The position numbers and the translations under genes were made by a program. A stretch of 64,000 nucleotides of DNA from Squalus acanthias (lineage: Eukaryota): NCBI GenBank assembly GCA_030390025.1, contig CM059433.1, positions 2,232,001-2,296,000 on the forward strand, written 5' to 3'. The stretch's first letter is position 1. The number at the start of each line of letters is the position of its first letter. Below the pieces are notes generated by a model. The model had not been told where the DNA came from. It saw only the letters and a list, made by a program, of their open reading frames with translations, and did no database searches. Positions 58,561 to 64,000 of the stretch are shown here, piece after piece.

Positions 58561-59060
58561 AGCAGGTCGGAGATTGGGGGCGGGGGCGGTGTGGGGGGGC
58601 GGGGGCGGGGGGTTGTCAGAAGGCTAAAGGGGGGGTCGGCGATAAGAGGCCTCGGGAGGGGGGAGGGGGGGAGAGATCGGCGGCCTCGTGGGGGAGGTCG
58701 GGGGGAGGTCGGAATGGTCGGAGGAGGAGGAGGAGGAGGAGGAGGGGGATGTCCAATCGTGGGTTTGGAAAGGCAGGTACGCTGGATCCAGCGGTAAGTG
58801 GAACGGTCCGCACCATCCTTTAGCTGCTGTGTTCCCCCAAGGCCCAGAGTTAAATTTAAAATGGAGCTTCAAACTGAGACACGCAGCCTCATTATAATAT
58901 TGAAAGTGCCAGCCCGGCTCCTGGGATCGGGTTGGCCGCCCGCCCCCTGTCCCGTCTCCGTTAAAATGGACGTGGGAGGCGTGGAGGTGGGTTGGGGTCG
59001 GGATTCAGAGTTTTAACACTTTAACCTCCCACCCGACCCGGCCGGGAGTAAAATTCCCCC
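58561..59060. mobile_element. Partial MITE of the 60064-61205 family, inverted orientation
   Basis: Ends in GTAAAATTCCCCC. Reverse complement of 58981-59017 matches 60121-60155. Confidence 0.6.
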
Positions 59061-59181
59061 TGTATGTTAAATTAGTCCTTATAAATAGGGGAAATTTATT
59101 AAAGAAAATAATTCAACAAATGACATTTAATTTCAATCTATTTGGAATTTGCTGGATCAGCACATCTGGCGGCATTCCTGG

Positions 59182-59783
59182 TCAGCTCGACCGTCTCCGG
59201 CACCCTTCAGCTCGACCGTCTCCGGCACCCTTCAGCTCGACCGTCTCCGGCACCCTTCAGCTCGACCGTCTCCGGCATCCTTCAGCTCGACCGTCTCCGG
59301 CATCCTTCAGCTCGACCGTCTCCGGCACCCTTCAGCTCGACCGTCTCCGGCACCCTTCAGCTCGACCGTCTCCGGCACCCTTCAGCTCGACCGTCTCCGG
59401 CACCCTTCAGCTCGACCGTCTCCGGCACCCTTCAGCTCGACCGTCTCCGGCACCCTTCAGCTCGACCGTCTCCGGCACCCTTCAGCTCGACCGTCTCCGG
59501 CACCCTTCAGCTCGACCGTCTCCAGCACCCTTCAGCTCGACCGTCTCCGGCACCCTTCAGCTCGACCGTCTCCAGCACCTTCAGCTCGACTGTCTCCGGC
59601 ACCCTTCAGCTCGACCGTCTCCAGCACCTTCAGCTCGATCGTCTCCGGCACCTTCAGCTCGACCGTCTCCGGCACCTTCAGCTCGACCGTCTCCGGCACC
59701 TTCAGCTCGACCGTCTCTGGCACCTTCAGCTCGACCGTCTCCAGCACCCTTCAGCTCGACCGTCTCCGGCACCTTCAGCTCGA
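59182..59783. repeat. 25-bp (then 24-bp) minisatellite, about 24 copies
   Basis: CAGCTCGACCGTCTCCGGCACCCTT. Confidence 0.97.
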
Positions 59784-60063
59784 GCATCGTTTGCCCTTTA
59801 AGTTGCTGGAAGTGGGAGCTTCTGACGGGCCAAAGGGGCATCGGGTGAACGAAGCGACCAACAGTGTAGCCCCTTAACCAATGAGATTTAAGGGTTGAGA
59901 AATAAACAGAGGGAGGACGGAGAAGGAGGGTGAATTAGAGTCAAATCAAGTACAGAGAGAGAGAAAGAAAGAGAGGGAAGGAAAGAGAGGGAAGGAAAGA
60001 GAGGGAAGGAAAGAGAGGGAAGGAAAGGTTGGATTAAGAGAGAGACTAAAAAGAAACAACAAA

Positions 60064-61205
60064 GGGGAGAATTTTAACCTCAAAAGTCAGGTGGGTTGGG
60101 GGCGTGTGCAAAGTTAAAGTGTTAAAAATCTGAATCCCGACCTGAACCCGCCTCCAAACGGAACGGGGGAGCAGGCAGCCAATCCACCGCCAGGAGGCGG
60201 GTCGTCTATTTAAATATGGTAATGAGGCTGGACGCCTCTGCTTGAACCTCCATTTAAGATATAACTTTAGCTGGTCGGCTGTTGCAGGCCTCGTAAACCG
60301 CCCCTCCCCCCCCCCGCCAGGCCTCTGATCCTCCCAGAGACCTGCCCCCACCCCCCCAATGCACCTCCAGCCCCCGATCTTTGCTGACACCCTCCCCCCC
60401 CCCATCCCCAACCCCTCTGCTTGCTCCTCTGGCCATCCCCGTGCTGCTCCTGGCCCCCGATCCCTTCAGACTCGTCCCCCGGCCCCCGCACCGTGCTGGT
60501 CCCGGCCCCCGATCCCTTCAGACTCGTCCCCCAGCCCCCGCACCGTGCTGGTCCCGGCCCCCGATCCCTTCAGACTCGTCCCCCAGCCCCCGCACCGTGC
60601 TGGTCCCGGCCCCCGCACCGTGCTGGTCCCGGCCCCCGCACCGTGCTGGTCCCGGCCCCCGCACCGTGCTGGTCCCGGCCCCCGCACCGTGCTGGTCCCG
60701 GCCCCCGCACCGTGCTGGTCCCGGCCCCCGCACCGTGCTGGTCCCGGCCCCCGCACCGTGCTGGTCCCGGCCCCCGCACCGTGCTGGTCCCGGCCCCCGC
60801 ACCGTGCTGGTCCCGGCCCCCGCACCGTGCTGGTCCCGGCCCCCGCACCGTGCTGGTCCCGGCCCCCGCACCGTGCTGGTCCCGGCCCCCGCACCGTGCT
60901 GGTCCCGGCCCCCGCACCGTGCTGGTCCCGGCCCCCGCACCGTGCTGGTCCCGGCCCCCGCACCGTGCTGGTCCCGGCCCCCCTGCGATCTCTCCCCCTC
61001 CTCTCCGCGGCTGCAGACCTGCCCACCTGGAGCTGGCCAGCCTCTCAATCTGGTTGGCTACGGGTGGGAAACGGAGGCTTCCCCTGCAAATCAGGCCCTG
61101 CCGTTAAAGTCGACAGAGCCTGCGGGAAACCCGTTCTCCCGGGTTCCACGGCCACTTCGGAGACCCCCCCTGCTCCCAACCCACCTTCCCATTAAAATTC
61201 AGCCC
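60064..61205. mobile_element. Harbinger-type MITE containing a 23-bp tandem array (~60480-60981)
   Basis: TIR GGGGAGAATTTTAA / GGGCTGAATTTTAA. Flanks AAA on both sides. Array unit GGCCCCCGCACCGTGCTGGTCCC. Confidence 0.8.
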
Positions 61206-61772
61206 AAAGGAAAAGTAAGAAATAAAAAATTTTTAAATGTGAAATTTTTTAAATCTCTAACAACCAACTGAAGGACTGAGATTCCACACTTTTAATTGTT
61301 CACTTTCTGAGCCAGAGAGCTTGTCATTAACAATTATCACATCGTTAAAAGGATACTTACGCTATTAATTACAAGATTAGCTTTTTGTGGCGAGTTTAAT
61401 GGTCATTAATGTGCAATGCAGCAACTTCATGAAACTCACGGGGAAGTTCGGGGCGAGATGTCGTTTTCGCGGAGCTAACGATAAAGCGCCACAAATCGTC
61501 CAGAAACCTGTGGCGATTCACAATTTCCGGGTAGCTCGTCCTCGCCACAAGTCGCTGCACAACTTGCGCATCAAACACACGCCGTTATATTTTCAGCTAA
61601 TTCCAGACCACAGTGTTTGGCTGCCGCACAAATTAACTTTTAATGGCTTCGCCTGCTTCGCCATTGCTGGAAATGTGATGACTTTGACACCTTCAGTGCA
61701 ACAAAATAAAACAGGGCCATGTTCCACAACAAGCGAGCTACAACTCCATCGCTTTATGCTCTTGAATGTGCA

Positions 61773-62345
61773 GAACCTTTATAAAGTGCTGGTTAGGCCA
61801 CAACTGGAATATTGCGTCCAGTTCTGGTCACCACACTTTAGGAAGGATGTGAAGGCCCTTGAGAGGGTGCAGAGGAGATTTACCAGAATGGTTCCGGGGA
61901 TGGGGGATCTTAGCTACAAGGACAGGTTGGAGAAGCTGGATTTGTTTTCATTAGAGCAAAGGAGGTTGAGGAGTTATTTGATAGCGGTGTACAAGATTAT
62001 GACGGGTTTGGATAGGCTAGACGGGGAAAGGCTGTTTCCACTAGTTAACGGTACAAGGACTAGGGGACACAGATTTAAGGTTTTGGGCAAGTGATACAGG
62101 GGGGACGTGAGAAAAAACTTTTTTACACAGCGAGTGGTGAGGACCTGGAATTCGCTGCCGACGGAAGTGGTGGAAGCGGAGACACTCAATGTTTTCAAGG
62201 GGAGACTGGATAGGCACTTGAGGGAAATAAACTTGCAGTGCTACGGGGATAGAGCGGGGGAATGGGACTGACTGGATTGCTCTACAGAGAGCCGGCACGG
62301 ACTCGATGGGCCGGATGGCCTCCTTCTGTGCTGTTATGACTCTAT
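61773..62345 (+). mobile_element. CR1 3' fragment
   Basis: LYKVLVRPQLEYCVQFWSP...RTRGH. Tail GTGCTGTTATGACTCTAT. Confidence 0.9.
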
Positions 62346-64000
62346 GGGGGAGAAATTCGGTATCGCCCCATTTGGGGCGATGTCGGTGGTGGGTCCCGAC
62401 CCCGCTGCTGGCTCTGTCCCTCTGTGTAAAACAACTTTCCATTGATGGGGCTTGTTAAGCCCTGCCCAGCGCGTTTCCCGGCCAATTAGAGGAAGCAGGT
62501 CTGGTGACGTCATTTCATGATGCGTCAGCAGCTGGTTTCCATAAAGGGACCATGTCCAAATTTGTCTTGACATTTGTGCTGTCAGTGTTCTACAGCAATG
62601 AGGTGCTGCAAACACTGACAATGACTGCACAAAGGCACAGGGCTGCACCCAAGCTCTCCCATGACTCCCTCTATATGCTTATGGAGGGAGTCACAGCACG
62701 CAGGGAGGCTCTCTTCCCTTCCAATGGGCGGAAGAGACCTCCCCAGGAGATCAACACAGCCTGGTTGCACATTGCACAGGAGGGCACAAGCAGGGATGTG
62801 GTCAGGAGGACCTGGTTGCAGTGGCGCAAACCTTTCATTGATCTCAGTAGATCACGAAATGTTACTGCAAAGCCACACTCAACCACATCCTGCTGTGCCA
62901 CTCATCACATCCCCAGCACTCTGCCTTCCCTACCCTACTCCTGCACATCCTTACTCACACCAGCTTACCTTGGGACCTCCACCCATCCCCCTCTATCTAT
63001 ATTATCACATCCCCATCTCACGAGCCTCCCCTCACACTCACCATCATCCTAGTGCAATCATACCAACTAACAACACACAAGGGTAGGCACTTGGATGTTT
63101 TATGTAATGTTCATGTAAAGTTTCTGTTAATGTGCTGTCAAACATTGAAACCTTTATTTTCAACACTTTGCGTTCTTGGACAGATTTGTGTGCACCTTTG
63201 GAAGTGGCTTAGTGAGTTGCAGTGAATGGTGAGACATAACGGTACCCCCCGCAATGGCGATGAGTGTGAAAGGAATGGCTTGGGTATTGTAGGGATGCTT
63301 TATGGTGTTGGTGTGGGATGGTGCCAACCTGGCGCATCATGTGGCAGTCAGGGTGTACAGCTTCAAGTGAAGTAAATCTGGTCATGGTGAGGCCATCCCT
63401 GGCCTCCCGGGCAGCAATGTGCTCGGGTGCTGATGCCCTCTGTCCTGTGCAGCATCAGTTGATTGCGGAGAAGGTTGGTGGTGTTGTTGGTGCTGCTGGT
63501 GATGGGGCTGATCGTGGTGGGATTCAGAGGACCAAGGTCAGAGAGTATAAAGGGCACCGATGCTGATGGAATAGATGGCAGGTGAAGTAGAGATGACAGA
63601 AACATTCTGTCAATGGTGAGAGAGTTCTTCCAATGAGGTGAGAGTGGAAAGTGGATAGCCTATAGAATCTGTGCTGGAAATAGAGTGAGAAACAGCTTGT
63701 GGCTGAGGAAAGTGACCATCTGTCAGGTGGGAGCTTTTACTGTACATTTGAAACTGTCAAGTAATCAGCTGGAGTAATGGCCACTGAGCCCCCGCCTCAG
63801 GTTGACAGCCATGGTCTGCGCACAGCAGGGATCCCATGGTCACGAAGTTAAAGGCAAAAGGTTAGTGAAAAAAGGCTGTTAAGCATCTGGCAACTAAATG
63901 CTAATCATTTTAATTAGTCCCCCCACCACCCCCCCCCACTCGCTGCTGGTCGGGTCTTCGCAGCGTTGACAGACCTGACATTGGGAAAGGTGCATGGCGG
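62346..64000 (+). mobile_element. Harbinger transposon (decayed), runs off the window end
   Basis: Starts GGGGGAGAAATTCGGTATCGCCCCATTTGGGGCG (like 41979). Myb/SANT remnant on +. Transposase-like C-terminus HIAAREARDGLTMTRF on - (~63365-63425). Confidence 0.72.
62621..62860 (+). pseudogene. Harbinger Myb/SANT-like DNA-binding domain
   Basis: RAAPKLSHDSLYMLMEGVTARREALFP...AWLHIAQE...RRTWLQWRKPFIDLSR fits the RxPxFS...LF...AWxxIA...RTxxQCRKxFNDL pattern with substitutions. Confidence 0.72.

Noticed and set aside
59120..61271. Long repetitive ORFs
   Set aside because: 25-bp and 23-bp tandem arrays inside MITE-like DNA.

Overview
Vertebrate genomic DNA, almost certainly from a shark or other cartilaginous fish (HER1-like CR1 LINEs, SacSINE1-like Deu-domain SINEs). 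The only host gene I can support is the terminal coding exon of NBAS (+, 10484-10759), followed by a short 3' UTR. So 1-10483 is probably its last intron and the rest is intergenic. Most of the window is nested transposable elements. These include many CR1 copies (one at ~24030-28250 keeps an uninterrupted esterase ORF1 and APE-RT ORF2), L2 fragments, a compact single-ORF CR1/Jockey-group LINE with a matching bipartite tRNA-SINE, Deu-domain SINEs, a solo LTR, Penelope-like ends (one with a hammerhead ribozyme core), and PIF/Harbinger elements and MITEs with 3-bp TSDs. Many homogeneous tandem arrays have expanded inside these elements and explain most of the long repetitive ORFs. I found no convincing new multi-gene system. 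The best leads are TE-biology observations and candidate conserved non-coding elements. Family names come from recalled motifs, not database searches, and boundaries without a stated TSD are approximate.
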